Source: an uncultured Clostridia bacterium (GTDB taxonomy: Bacteria; Bacillota; Clostridia; TANB77; CAG-508). From it: a DNA stretch of 64,000 nucleotides. Under the pieces are notes generated by a model. It was not told the origin of the DNA, did not search any database, and was given only the letters and a program-made list of their open reading frames with translations. The number at the start of each line of letters is the position of its first letter. Positions within the stretch are counted from its first letter, which is position 1. The stretch is taken from contig CANRGT010000009.1 in NCBI GenBank assembly GCA_947630185.1, positions 4,996-68,995 on the forward strand. Direction: 5' to 3'. Shown here in pieces: positions 19,454 through 29,584 of this stretch. Made by a program: the position numbers and the translations under genes.

Positions 19454-21319
19454 TTAGTGCTGTTTTTCTTCATGATAAGTTGGCACTACTTTTTTCATAT
19501 TATTCTTAATTTGAGTTAATGGAGTATTCTCATCTTCTATTAATGTTTTTAACACATCTAGTTTTGATTCTATTTTTTCCATATTTATATTAGAAGGTTT
19601 TGCTATAAATATTTTATGATGCTCAGTAGTGGTTAGCCCTTCTTCTGACATTAATATTTCTTCATATAATTTTTCGCCTGGTCTTAATCCTGTAATTTCA
19701 ATTTTAATATCTACATCTGGTTGTAATCCTGATAATTTAATTAAGCTTACTGCTAAATCATAAATTTTAACAGGTTCACCCATATCTAGTACGAAAATTT
19801 CTCCACCTTTTGCATAAGTAGTTGCTTGAAGAATTAAACCTACTGCTTCTGGTATTGTCATAAAAAATCTTGTTATATCTTTATGTGTTACTGTAACTGG
19901 TCCTCCATTTGCTATTTGTTTTTTAAATAGTGGAACTACTGAGCCATTACTTCCTAATACATTTCCGAAACGTACGGCCACATATTCTGTTTTACTTACT
20001 TTATCTTTTGCTTGTATAATCATTTCACAAAGTCTTTTTGTTGCTCCCATAATGTTAGTTGGATTAACTGCTTTATCTGTTGATATTAATATAAATCTTT
20101 TAACATTGTATTTATCAGCACAGTTTACCACATTATATGTTCCAAATACATTATTTTTAATGGCTTCTAATGGGCTATATTCCATCAATGGTACATGCTT
20201 ATGTGCTGCTGCATGGAACACTAAATATGGTTTATATACCTCAAATGTATTTTCCATCTTCTTCTTATCTCTAACACTTGCAATAACTGCATCAATTTTA
20301 ATATTTTTATATTGTGCTTTTAATTCTAATTCAATATCATATAAATTATTTTCATAAATATCTATTAAAACCATTTCTTTTGGTTCATATTTTGCAATTT
20401 GCCTGCATAATTCAGAGCCTATAGATCCACCTGCACCAGTTATCATAATTACATTGTTTTTTATAAGCTCCCCTATATTATTATTATCTAGTACAATTGG
20501 GTCACGTCCTAAAATATCTTCTATTTGTACATCTCTTAAGCTTTGCATGATATTTTTTTCATCAATAAAATCTTGAATTCCTGGAAGAATCCTAAGTTTC
20601 ACACCTGTTTCTTGGCATATTGATAAGATTTCTTTTTTGTCTTTTGCTGATATATTAGAAATAACGAAAAATATAATATCTACTTTTCTCTCTTTACATA
20701 TTTTTTGTATTTGAGTTCTATCACCTATTATTTTAACTCCATTCATCTTGCAGTTTAATTTTTTAATATTATCATCAATTATTCCTACAATATCATATCT
20801 GTCTGTACGGCTTGTTTTTATGCTTTTTACTACAGCTGCTCCTGCTTCTCCTGCACCTATTATAAGTAGTTTCTTTTTTTCTTCGTTTTGGCTATTTAAC
20901 GTGATCTTCGTTGTCATAAAATAACGTATTATTACCCTATAGAATATTATTCCTATTGCTATAAATACACCTGCTAATATATGCTCTTTTGTAGATAAAA
21001 TGTCTAAATTTAGTATTATTCCTAGCATTGCAACAACATTGCATGAAACCATACAAGCTAAAGCATAACAAAAATACTCTTTCACACTTTCAAAACTTGT
21101 AATTGTTCTGTATAAATCAAATAAATGTAAAAATATTTTATAAATTACCACTGAAAGTATTATAGAGTTAATTATACTCTTAAAAGGTAAGTCAGCAATA
21201 ATTGTGTACTTATCGTGAACAAATACTTGTGTTAAAAAATATGCAATTATGATAACACAAATATCTATAATTCCTAATATTAACTTTGTATATTTTGCCC
21301 ATGATTTAAAAATTTTCAT
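19454..21319 (-). CDS. membrane-bound NDP-sugar 4,6-dehydratase (CapD/PglF-like polysaccharide biosynthesis protein)
   Basis: About 620 aa with an N-terminal TM region, two Rossmann motifs (IIGAGEAGA, ITGAGGSIGSEL) and TDKAVNPTNIMGATKR. The ORF is open to 21346, but a GGAG site favours ATG 21319. Confidence 0.85.
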   Translation of the reverse strand: MKIFKSWAKYTKLILGIIDICVIIIAYFLTQVFVHDKYTIIADLPFKSIINSIILSVVIYKIFLHLFDLYRTITSFESVKEYFCYALACMVSCNVVAMLGIILNLDILSTKEHILAGVFIAIGIIFYRVIIRYFMTTKITLNSQNEEKKKLLIIGAGEAGAAVVKSIKTSRTDRYDIVGIIDDNIKKLNCKMNGVKIIGDRTQIQKICKERKVDIIFFVISNISAKDKKEILSICQETGVKLRILPGIQDFIDEKNIMQSLRDVQIEDILGRDPIVLDNNNIGELIKNNVIMITGAGGSIGSELCRQIAKYEPKEMVLIDIYENNLYDIELELKAQYKNIKIDAVIASVRDKKKMENTFEVYKPYLVFHAAAHKHVPLMEYSPLEAIKNNVFGTYNVVNCADKYNVKRFILISTDKAVNPTNIMGATKRLCEMIIQAKDKVSKTEYVAVRFGNVLGSNGSVVPLFKKQIANGGPVTVTHKDITRFFMTIPEAVGLILQATTYAKGGEIFVLDMGEPVKIYDLAVSLIKLSGLQPDVDIKIEITGLRPGEKLYEEILMSEEGLTTTEHHKIFIAKPSNINMEKIESKLDVLKTLIEDENTPLTQIKNNMKKVVPTYHEEKQH

Positions 21320-21431
21320 TATAGTTACTCCAAATTTAAAATTCATTTTTATTACAAGATATTCTTTAATATTATATATAACATATTTTCAAAAATCAAT
21401 AGAAATTCAACATTTTTTGCTTATTTATCGA

Positions 21432-21466
21432 CAAAAAAAACAATTTTATGATATCACAAAATTGTC
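21432..21466 (-). terminator. intrinsic terminator after cmk
   Basis: Minus strand ACAAUUUU-gugauaucau-AAAAUUGU followed by U8. Confidence 0.6.
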
Positions 21467-21580
21467 TTTTATTTTTACTAAATTTATATATTCTATTTTT
21501 ACTTTTTTTATTTTAATTTCTAGCTTTAATTTTATTTTTTGTTTTTATTTTTGCTTTTATTTTTATATTTTATATTTTGG

Positions 21581-22255
21581 TTATTGTATTCTCTTTTTTC
21601 TAATAATTGCTTTTACATTTTCCTTTACTTCTTCAATACTCATATTAGTAGTATCTATTACTATAGCATCATCTGCTATTTTCAAAGCACCCACTTTCTT
21701 ATTTCTGTCATTTTCATCTCTATTTTTTATAGCTTCTAACACTTCTTCATAAGTTGAAGCTATTCCTTTTTCTACATTTTCTTTATATCTCCTTTTAGCC
21801 CTTTCTTCTACATCTGCATCTAAATAAATTTTTACATCTGCATTCGGAAATACTACAGTTGTAATATCTCTGCCCTCCATTATTACATTTTTTGATTCTG
21901 CCATTTTTCTTTGAAGATTAACCATAATTTCTCTTACTTCAGGTATTGAAGATATTGGAGAAACGAGTTCAGTTACTTCTTTGCTTCTAATCTCCCTACT
22001 TACATCTTTTCCATTTAAAATTATTTTTTGTTCTTCTTCTATGTGTTCGATTTCAATTTTACATTCTTTAGCTATATCTATAATTTTTTCTTTATCATCT
22101 ATATTACTAATTCCATTTTGCAAGCATTCTAAAGTAATTGCTCTATACATTGCTCCAGTATCAATATTTAAAAGTCCCATCTCTTTTGCTATTAGTTTTG
22201 TAATTGTTCCTTTTCCTGTTCCTGCTGGTCCATCTATTGCTACTACAAATGACAT
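21581..22255 (-). CDS. cmk: cytidylate kinase
   Basis: 224 aa beginning VAIDGPAGTGKGTITKLIA... Typical Cmk. Confidence 0.9.
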   Translation of the reverse strand: MSFVVAIDGPAGTGKGTITKLIAKEMGLLNIDTGAMYRAITLECLQNGISNIDDKEKIIDIAKECKIEIEHIEEEQKIILNGKDVSREIRSKEVTELVSPISSIPEVREIMVNLQRKMAESKNVIMEGRDITTVVFPNADVKIYLDADVEERAKRRYKENVEKGIASTYEEVLEAIKNRDENDRNKKVGALKIADDAIVIDTTNMSIEEVKENVKAIIRKKRIQ

Positions 22256-22370
22256 TTTATTTTCCTCCGATTTTTTAAAATAATTTTTGCCATTACTTGA
22301 TTTTGCATTACTAATATTTATTACTTTATCAATATTTCATTAATCATTCTTTTTCTCAATCATTATTTCA

Positions 22371-23258
22371 TCAATCATTCTTTTTCTCGTCTTCTTGCAT
22401 ATGAATTTCTTTTGCTATTATTGTTACTTCTTGTACATTCATAGTGGTTAGCTTTTCTATTTCTTTTTTTATTTTTTCTTTAAATTCTCTTAAAACTTCT
22501 AGTATGTTATATCCGTAATTTATTGAAACTTCCATATATATATTTGGTCCTTCTGGCTTGCTTTCAACTCTCGTTCTCATAACTCTATAAATAGGTTCAG
22601 AACGTTTTGCTAAATATTCTGCTATTTGGCGAAATACTGTATCAGATATAGTAAAATTACCTAAATAGCTAAAAGTAGGACGAATGATTGATTTTTCACT
22701 CATGTATGGTTTTCCTTTTATTTTAAATATTTGAAGTGGGTCTAATATATATCCAGAAAAATCTTTTTTTATTTCAAAAGTTGGAACTGGTATAACATGT
22801 TTTCCTTGAATAGTACGAATTCTTTTGGCTGTTTCCATTTCTGTTTCTGTTGCTACTTCTTGTATATATATTCTTTTTTCAGGTTTTGGAAGGCCTAAAT
22901 TTTCTGTTATTTTATCAACCATTCCATCTGAAGTTCCTAAAATCAAAATAGCTTCTGGCTTATATTTTTTTATTGCCTTTTTCATTTCTATTCTATCTTC
23001 TTCATTAGTAAATATAGCTTTTCTAACAGTTTCTACTTTTGTAGGTGCTTTTTTAGCCGAAACCCCACATATTACATCATTTTCTTTAATAAGTAAACCA
23101 TCATCTATAATATAGTTTATTTTATTTTCACTTGCTACCATTTGTGCACGATAGCTTTTTCCAGTACCTGATGGACCTATAAAAGCATAAATTCTTATCG
23201 GTTCATCTATATTTATATTATTATTAAAAATTTGCAATTTTGTTTTCTCCTTATACAT
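22371..23258 (-). CDS. P-loop NTPase domain fused to an Asp23/Gls24-like domain; function unknown
   Basis: 295 aa. N-terminal Walker A is GPSGTGKS. The C-terminal 110 aa (ISDTVFRQIAEY...IYMEVSINYGYNILEVLREFKEKIKKEIEKLT) resembles alkaline-shock Asp23-family proteins. Confidence 0.5.
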   Translation of the reverse strand: MYKEKTKLQIFNNNINIDEPIRIYAFIGPSGTGKSYRAQMVASENKINYIIDDGLLIKENDVICGVSAKKAPTKVETVRKAIFTNEEDRIEMKKAIKKYKPEAILILGTSDGMVDKITENLGLPKPEKRIYIQEVATETEMETAKRIRTIQGKHVIPVPTFEIKKDFSGYILDPLQIFKIKGKPYMSEKSIIRPTFSYLGNFTISDTVFRQIAEYLAKRSEPIYRVMRTRVESKPEGPNIYMEVSINYGYNILEVLREFKEKIKKEIEKLTTMNVQEVTIIAKEIHMQEDEKKND

Positions 23259-23334
23259 TTTATATAATTATATTTTTTTATAATATAAAATATTATTTTA
23301 TTTAAACTTATTATAAATATATCACACAATTATA

Positions 23335-24864
23335 TTATTTTTCAACCACTATAATATTGTAAGTTCTATCTTTATAAGTTGTTGGAAATCTGCTCTTTTT
23401 AAGTTCTTTTAATTCGTATTTTTCTAAAAGCTCGTTATATAATTCTAATCCATCATTATCTACTATAATTATTTTTCCTTTATAATCATCAAAGAAATCC
23501 TCATCAAAAGTTACTTTTAATGGTGGGCAAAAAGTTTCAAATCCTGATGCATCATGATTTGGATCTATATAGTAATAATACCAATTATATTCTGGTAAAT
23601 GTATTCCTATATCTATACCTTTAAAATAATCTTTATATACGATGATGTCTCCCTCTTCATAATTATCTTCTATATATTTAACCTCTTGTCCATTGATGCT
23701 ATTATAGTTATTTATAACTACTTCAGCATTATTATATATGCTAACTCCTAAAATTATTAACACTATAATTGCTGTAATGATTTTTTGACATTTAGTTTGA
23801 TTAAATTTGGCTATGCATATAGCAAATGGTAATATGAAAAATCCAGTAGTTACTAACATATAACGGAAATACATTATTGGCTTTATCAATATGCTTACAA
23901 TTAGCATAGAAATAAATACAATAAAGTGAACTAATAGGCATGCCCAAATAACTCCTAAATTTTGTTTTTGTTTTTTAGCATGTACTATTTGATAAATCAA
24001 ATAAGCATACATTATAACAGCAAAAACAAATGTAAATACATAGCTTAATCTTCCATAAAATTGTGCACCTAATGGAGCTAATATACTTTCTCCAAAACTA
24101 AATTCAATCCAATAATATGAATTTACTAATTTTACTTGTCTTAAGAGAATATATAGCCATGGTACATATCCCATAATTTGTACAATAGCAGTTATTCCAA
24201 ATCTAATTAAATAACTCTTTTTACTTTTTTCTTGCTCAGTATATAATTTCTTTGAGAATATTATGTAGAAAAATAGCATTGCATTTATTATTCCCACTGT
24301 AACTAAGCCATAATAATGTGTATGAGCTGCACACAAGCTAAAAATTGCAAATAAAACCCAATTTATAACTTTTGAATTTTTGCATATTCTATATGCATAT
24401 ATTCCTGCTAATGTTGCAAATAACATTACCCAAGTGTACATTCTAATCTCTATTGCATATAATGGCATAAATGGTAAAAATAGTGTTAAGAACGAAAACG
24501 CTACACCTACTTTTGCTCCAAAATCTTTTCTAATATGTGTATAACCTATAACTCCCATTAAAGCTCCTGCTAGTACAGAAAATAGCCTACATACTAAAAT
24601 TGATTCTCCAAAAATAAGAGTTACAGTTTTTAATATTAAGTAATATAAAACTGGATGAACATCCCCACTATCTATTCTAATAATATCTGAATAATTATGA
24701 CGAATCAATCCTATTGTATATGCTTCATCAAACCATACTGTTGTATGAAATGCCCCTAACATTATAAAAACAATTCCAACTATAATAAGCATAATATGAA
24801 ACCATTTTGTTTCTAATATTTCACTTAATCTATTTAATTTTTTTTGCCATATTTCTTTGTTCAT
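23335..24864 (-). CDS. GT-C fold membrane glycosyltransferase (ArnT/PMT, GT39/GT83-like), paralogue 1
   Basis: About 510 aa with at least 11 TM segments, a first-loop FDEAYT motif and a soluble C-terminal domain. The ORF is open to 24906, but a GGAGAA site favours ATG 24864. Confidence 0.65.
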   Translation of the reverse strand: MNKEIWQKKLNRLSEILETKWFHIMLIIVGIVFIMLGAFHTTVWFDEAYTIGLIRHNYSDIIRIDSGDVHPVLYYLILKTVTLIFGESILVCRLFSVLAGALMGVIGYTHIRKDFGAKVGVAFSFLTLFLPFMPLYAIEIRMYTWVMLFATLAGIYAYRICKNSKVINWVLFAIFSLCAAHTHYYGLVTVGIINAMLFFYIIFSKKLYTEQEKSKKSYLIRFGITAIVQIMGYVPWLYILLRQVKLVNSYYWIEFSFGESILAPLGAQFYGRLSYVFTFVFAVIMYAYLIYQIVHAKKQKQNLGVIWACLLVHFIVFISMLIVSILIKPIMYFRYMLVTTGFFILPFAICIAKFNQTKCQKIITAIIVLIILGVSIYNNAEVVINNYNSINGQEVKYIEDNYEEGDIIVYKDYFKGIDIGIHLPEYNWYYYYIDPNHDASGFETFCPPLKVTFDEDFFDDYKGKIIIVDNDGLELYNELLEKYELKELKKSRFPTTYKDRTYNIIVVEK

Positions 24865-25081
24865 TATATTTCTCCATTCTGTTTTATTTTGAATATATTC
24901 TATCATACAAACTTATTTTTCTTCAATACCCTTTTATAATTTGTTTAACAAGATGTAAAAGATATAAGATTTTCAAATTTTATACTCACTCGATTTCTGT
25001 ATTTATTTAAATAATTTATTGCTTTTTTTGTAAAACTTTATTAAAATATAATTAAATTAAATAAAGAAAGGAAGATTAAAA

Positions 25082-26014
25082 ATGAATGAAAGAAAAAGAA
25101 GTTTAAATATAAATGCCTTTGCACTATTTATAATTATTGTTGTAATTTCAATAATTATAGGATTAGTGATTGGATTATCTATTAATAAAGGCAATAATCC
25201 TCAAGAAAATACTCTTGGAGATTCTACCAATACAAATAGTAATGAAAGTAGTAAATCATATAAATATAATTATGATTTAAATGGAGATGGAAAAGAAGAA
25301 AATATAAATATCGAATTTTCTGGAATTCAAGATTCTTCAGCACAATATTCTATAAATTATAATAAACTTAATATTATAATAACAGATGGACAAACATCTC
25401 AAAAACATAGCTTAATTAAAGAAAATGATAATTTTTTCTCAAATGTTTATAATCCTGATGCATCAATAGTAGATATATCTAATACAGATTCTTTTAGAGA
25501 AATATATATTAGTGGAACTTTAGGTGATTCTTCTCCAGATTATAGAATGAATTTATTAATAGAATACGACGGAAATGAAGTAAAAGAATTAAAAGTTAAT
25601 AAATACACTGAAGGAATGGTTAAAACGTTTGATTATGTAACAGAGCCTGATTCAAATTATATGATGGAAGGAGTTTATACAAATACTAAATTTGCTATAT
25701 TAGATGGAATAATTAATTTTCACTCTAATTCAAATAAAAAAATAGTATATAAACTAAATGAAAATCATGAATTAGAATTAGATCAATGTATATTTGATGA
25801 TAATGAAGATTATTATACAGATATTTTAAAAAGCCAGTTAAGTATAAAAAGCTTAAAAATATACAATGTACAAAATACTAATGGTACTGCAAAAGAAGTA
25901 ACTGAATTTAATGAAGTTACTAAAGTTGATGATCATTGGCTAACAATTTCATTAGAAAACGGTGAAACTGGATATGTTTATATAGAAGATGTCGTAGATG
26001 TATTTAAAGTATAG
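25082..26014 (+). CDS. membrane-anchored hypothetical protein (DxNGDG Ca-binding-like motif, SH3b-like C-terminus)
   Basis: 310 aa with a single N-terminal TM. Motifs: YDLNGDGKEE and a C-terminal DDHWLTISLENGETGYVYIEDV. Confidence 0.5.
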   Translation: MNERKRSLNINAFALFIIIVVISIIIGLVIGLSINKGNNPQENTLGDSTNTNSNESSKSYKYNYDLNGDGKEENINIEFSGIQDSSAQYSINYNKLNIIITDGQTSQKHSLIKENDNFFSNVYNPDASIVDISNTDSFREIYISGTLGDSSPDYRMNLLIEYDGNEVKELKVNKYTEGMVKTFDYVTEPDSNYMMEGVYTNTKFAILDGIINFHSNSNKKIVYKLNENHELELDQCIFDDNEDYYTDILKSQLSIKSLKIYNVQNTNGTAKEVTEFNEVTKVDDHWLTISLENGETGYVYIEDVVDVFKV

Positions 26015-26020
26015 ACTTTA

Positions 26021-26058
26021 AGAGAAGGGTATTTCAATATTGAAATACCTTTCTTTAT
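26021..26058. terminator. bidirectional terminator between convergent genes
   Basis: Perfect palindrome GGTATTTCAATATTGAAATACC (26028-26049), with an A-rich stretch on the left and a T-rich stretch on the right. Confidence 0.65.
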
Positions 26059-26130
26059 TATTATCCCTATTTAAGTCTAATTATTATATTAGTTTAAATA
26101 TAATTATTTAGCTTAAATTTCATATAATAA

Positions 26131-27603
26131 TTAGTTATATTTTTCAATTAACTCAATTGTATATGTATAATCTCTATATGGAACTTTAAATACATGTTCA
26201 TCTATTTTATTTATACTATATTTTTGTTCTATCTTTTCTCTTAGGCTATTGTCATTATAATTTTCTATAAGCCAAATTCTACCTTTATAGTTTTCTATTA
26301 CTTCTTCTAAAGTGCTTTTAATTTCCATATACGGTTCATAAACTTTGTAAGATTTTTCTACATTCCAATTATCTTCATTCCATAAATAAGTTTTTATATT
26401 TAACTTATTAGAAAGGTCAGCTGTAACAACACCACCATTTATTGCATTAGTGTATAAAATAATATCATCATCTTTTAAGTTTTCTTCCATATATGCTATC
26501 CAATCTCTGTTTGTTGGTGCATAGCTTTCATTTATAGCTTTAATATTGCTAATAGTAGATACTACTAAAATAGCTCCACACACTGCAAGTATTCTCCAAA
26601 CTTTTTCATCTTTTGCCATAAAGAAAGAAATAGCAAATATAAGTAGTCCAGTTAATATCAATAAATATCTATATAGTAAAATTACCATCATAGTAATAGA
26701 AATTATATAGGCAATTAGAATTATACCTAAGTATATGTATAAGCACCAGGTAGCTGGCTTTCTTTCTTCTTTTTTGGTTTTAAATATAAGGAATATTAAA
26801 TATGCATAAAATGCTGTAGTTAATATAATTGGATATATTTTCAAATTACCTCTAAATTGTGTTGTTAATATATCATATACTGTATTTGGGAATGATAATG
26901 AAATCCAAAAACCACCAGATACTACCCCTATTTGTTTTACAAAATATACAAGCCATGGAATATACAAAGCAACTTGAATAACTGCTACTACTAAAAATTT
27001 TATCAAATCCTGCTTTCTCGTCTTTACATTCTTACATAAGTAAATGAAAAGAATTAAATTGATTATTCCTGCTAGCATTAATCCATAGTAATGTGTATAT
27101 GAAACCAGTAGACTACTTAATCCAAAGAAAATATATGTAGTTTTTGTTATTTTTCCTTGATAAATTCTATATGCATATATTGCCATGATTGTTCCAAGTA
27201 ACATTCCAAGTGAATACATTCTAATTTCACCTGCATATTGTGCTGATACTGGCAAAAATAATGATAGAAATGTAAATAAAATTCCGGCTTTTTCTCCAAA
27301 ATCTTTTCTAATATGAGTATAGCCAAGTAGTCCTATAAGAGCAATTGAAAGTGCTGAAAATACTCTATATGCTACTAAATTATTTCCAAATATCAAATAT
27401 ATTAAATGTAAGCAAAAATAATAAAATGGTGGGTGTACATCATTTCCACTCATCTCCCATATATCGGTAAAAGAATGTCTTGTTATTGCAACTGAATAGC
27501 TTTCGTCAAACCACATGTTAGTATGAAATATAGATAATGATATAAATATTATTCCTATTATTAAAATTAGAATATGTATATATTTCAAGTTTATTTTTTT
27601 CAT
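26131..27603 (-). CDS. GT-C fold membrane glycosyltransferase, paralogue 2 (clear paralogue of 23335..24864)
   Basis: 490 aa. Shares MWFDESYSVAITRH...DVHPPFYY...THIRKDFGEKAG with paralogue 1. Confidence 0.65.
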   Translation of the reverse strand: MKKINLKYIHILILIIGIIFISLSIFHTNMWFDESYSVAITRHSFTDIWEMSGNDVHPPFYYFCLHLIYLIFGNNLVAYRVFSALSIALIGLLGYTHIRKDFGEKAGILFTFLSLFLPVSAQYAGEIRMYSLGMLLGTIMAIYAYRIYQGKITKTTYIFFGLSSLLVSYTHYYGLMLAGIINLILFIYLCKNVKTRKQDLIKFLVVAVIQVALYIPWLVYFVKQIGVVSGGFWISLSFPNTVYDILTTQFRGNLKIYPIILTTAFYAYLIFLIFKTKKEERKPATWCLYIYLGIILIAYIISITMMVILLYRYLLILTGLLIFAISFFMAKDEKVWRILAVCGAILVVSTISNIKAINESYAPTNRDWIAYMEENLKDDDIILYTNAINGGVVTADLSNKLNIKTYLWNEDNWNVEKSYKVYEPYMEIKSTLEEVIENYKGRIWLIENYNDNSLREKIEQKYSINKIDEHVFKVPYRDYTYTIELIEKYN

Positions 27604-27858
27604 TTTATCTGTTCCTTACGTAGCATATTTAGGTTTTCATAAGATTTTACCTATAAACTTTTTTCAGTTACATTTTATCATATTAACATATGTTTCTCAA
27701 TAACTAAATTTATTTTTTCTATGTATAAAAATTTTTATATTTAAAATTTTGCCTAACGATTTATTATTTCAATTTTATATTTATTTCTATTTTGTATATA
27801 TCTTTTTTAAAATAATTATGATATTATTTAGAAAATAAAATTTTAGGGGGACTTATTA

Positions 27859-29388
27859 ATGAAAATAAATTTAGAAGAAAAAAAAATACATAAAATTTTC
27901 TTTGTACTCATACTTCTTGTTGCTATTGCTGTTAGAATATATTCGTGGCCATATGGTATTTCTCAAGTAAATGTTGATGAAGCAATGACTGCTATTAATG
28001 CTAAAACTATGGCAGATAGTGGCATAGATATGTATGGTACAAGTTTTCCTGTTTACTTAGAAGCATGGGGATCTGCAGGTCAAAGTATAATGCTATTTTA
28101 TTTTATGGCATTTTTCTTTAAAATCTTTGGAGTTTCTATGTTTAGTGTAAGACTTCCAATGCTTATAGTCAGCATTCTTTCAATTATTGTATTTTATGAT
28201 TTGATTAAAAGAATATTTAATAACAAAAAACTTGCTCTTTTTGCAATGGCTTTTGTTAGTATATGTCCTTGGCATTTCTTACAGTCTATTTGGTCTATTG
28301 ATTGTAATATGTTTCCACATTTTATGCTATTTTCTGTATATTTCTTATACCGTGGAATATCTGATAAAAAATGGATGCTTTATCTTTCAATGGTCTTCTT
28401 TGCACTTACTATGTACACATATGGTGTTTCGGTTTATGTAGTTCCATTTTTCTTACTAATTTCTGCTATTTATTTATTAATAAAAAAACAAGTAAAAATA
28501 AAGGAAATCATTATTTGCATTATTATTTACCTTATAATTAGTAGTCCTATTCTTACTATGTATGTAATTAATGCTTTAAAAATTGATACTGATATTCATT
28601 TAGGGCCTATTACTATTCAATACTTTGAAAATTCTGTTAGAACCAACGATATGATTTTCTTTGCAGACAATATAGGTAAAACTTTAGTTGAAAATTTAAA
28701 AAGTATTGGTAGAGTATTTTTTTCACAACATGATGGTTTAGAGTGGAATGCTACAAAACCATTTGGCACTACTTACCATATATCTTTAGTTTTCTTCTTC
28801 GTTGGAATATTTTATCTTATAAAATACAAAGATAAAAGAAATCTAGGTACATTTTTTATGAGTATTTGGCTAATTTTAAGCTTTTTACTTGGACTTATTA
28901 TTAAAAACACTAATATAAATAGACTAAATGTTATTTGGTTCCCTACTTTGTTTTTTAGCTTTTACGGAATTTATGCACTTTGTTCTACTTTAAAAAGAGG
29001 AAAGATTCTTAAATATGCTGTTATTACTATTTATTCTATTTTATTTGTTGGTTTTACAATTTATCTTTATGGTTTTTATACTGAAAAAATTGATATGTCA
29101 GGATGTTTTGCAAGAAAAATTACAAATGCAATTCACTATGCAAATGTAACACTTGAAAAAAAGGCTGTATATTACAACCCTTCTTCTGATATATATATTA
29201 AATTTCAAGATATGCTAGATGACACAAACTCTGAACATGTCTCAGATAAGAATCTCTTTTTAACTAGGATTAAAAATAAGACTGAAGATGAAGCTTTTGT
29301 AATTTCAGAATCTGAACTTAATGACTTTTCTATTAACATTACTAATTACAATTATGAAAAATTTGGAAACAATTTTGTGATTTATTAA
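27859..29388 (+). CDS. GT-C fold membrane glycosyltransferase (PMT_2/ArnT-like), paralogue 3
   Basis: 509 aa, polytopic, with a first-loop VNVDEAMTA motif. Confidence 0.6.
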   Translation: MKINLEEKKIHKIFFVLILLVAIAVRIYSWPYGISQVNVDEAMTAINAKTMADSGIDMYGTSFPVYLEAWGSAGQSIMLFYFMAFFFKIFGVSMFSVRLPMLIVSILSIIVFYDLIKRIFNNKKLALFAMAFVSICPWHFLQSIWSIDCNMFPHFMLFSVYFLYRGISDKKWMLYLSMVFFALTMYTYGVSVYVVPFFLLISAIYLLIKKQVKIKEIIICIIIYLIISSPILTMYVINALKIDTDIHLGPITIQYFENSVRTNDMIFFADNIGKTLVENLKSIGRVFFSQHDGLEWNATKPFGTTYHISLVFFFVGIFYLIKYKDKRNLGTFFMSIWLILSFLLGLIIKNTNINRLNVIWFPTLFFSFYGIYALCSTLKRGKILKYAVITIYSILFVGFTIYLYGFYTEKIDMSGCFARKITNAIHYANVTLEKKAVYYNPSSDIYIKFQDMLDDTNSEHVSDKNLFLTRIKNKTEDEAFVISESELNDFSINITNYNYEKFGNNFVIY

Positions 29389-29402
29389 ATTATTAATAAA
29401 AT

Positions 29403-29557
29403 AAAAAGTAGTGACTTTAAAGCAGTACCGCGCAGCGTCCAAACGGAACGAAGTGAAGTGCGCTTGGAGCAACCAACATACTATGTAATAAATTGTATTT
29501 ATACAATTTATTACATAAGAGGTTGTGACAGCAAGGTACGCGTAAAGTCACTATTTT
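29403..29557 (+). repeat. GC-rich-core hairpin element, copy R3
   Basis: Outer stem TAGTGACTTTA/TAAAGTCACTA, inner stem GTACC/GGTAC. Core is GCGCAGCGTCCAAACGGAACGAAGTGAAGTGCGCTTGGAGCAACC. Apical hairpin is ATGTAATAAATTGTAT/ATACAATTTATTACAT. Confidence 0.75.
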
Positions 29558-29584
29558 TATTATATAATTATAATTAATTAGTAA

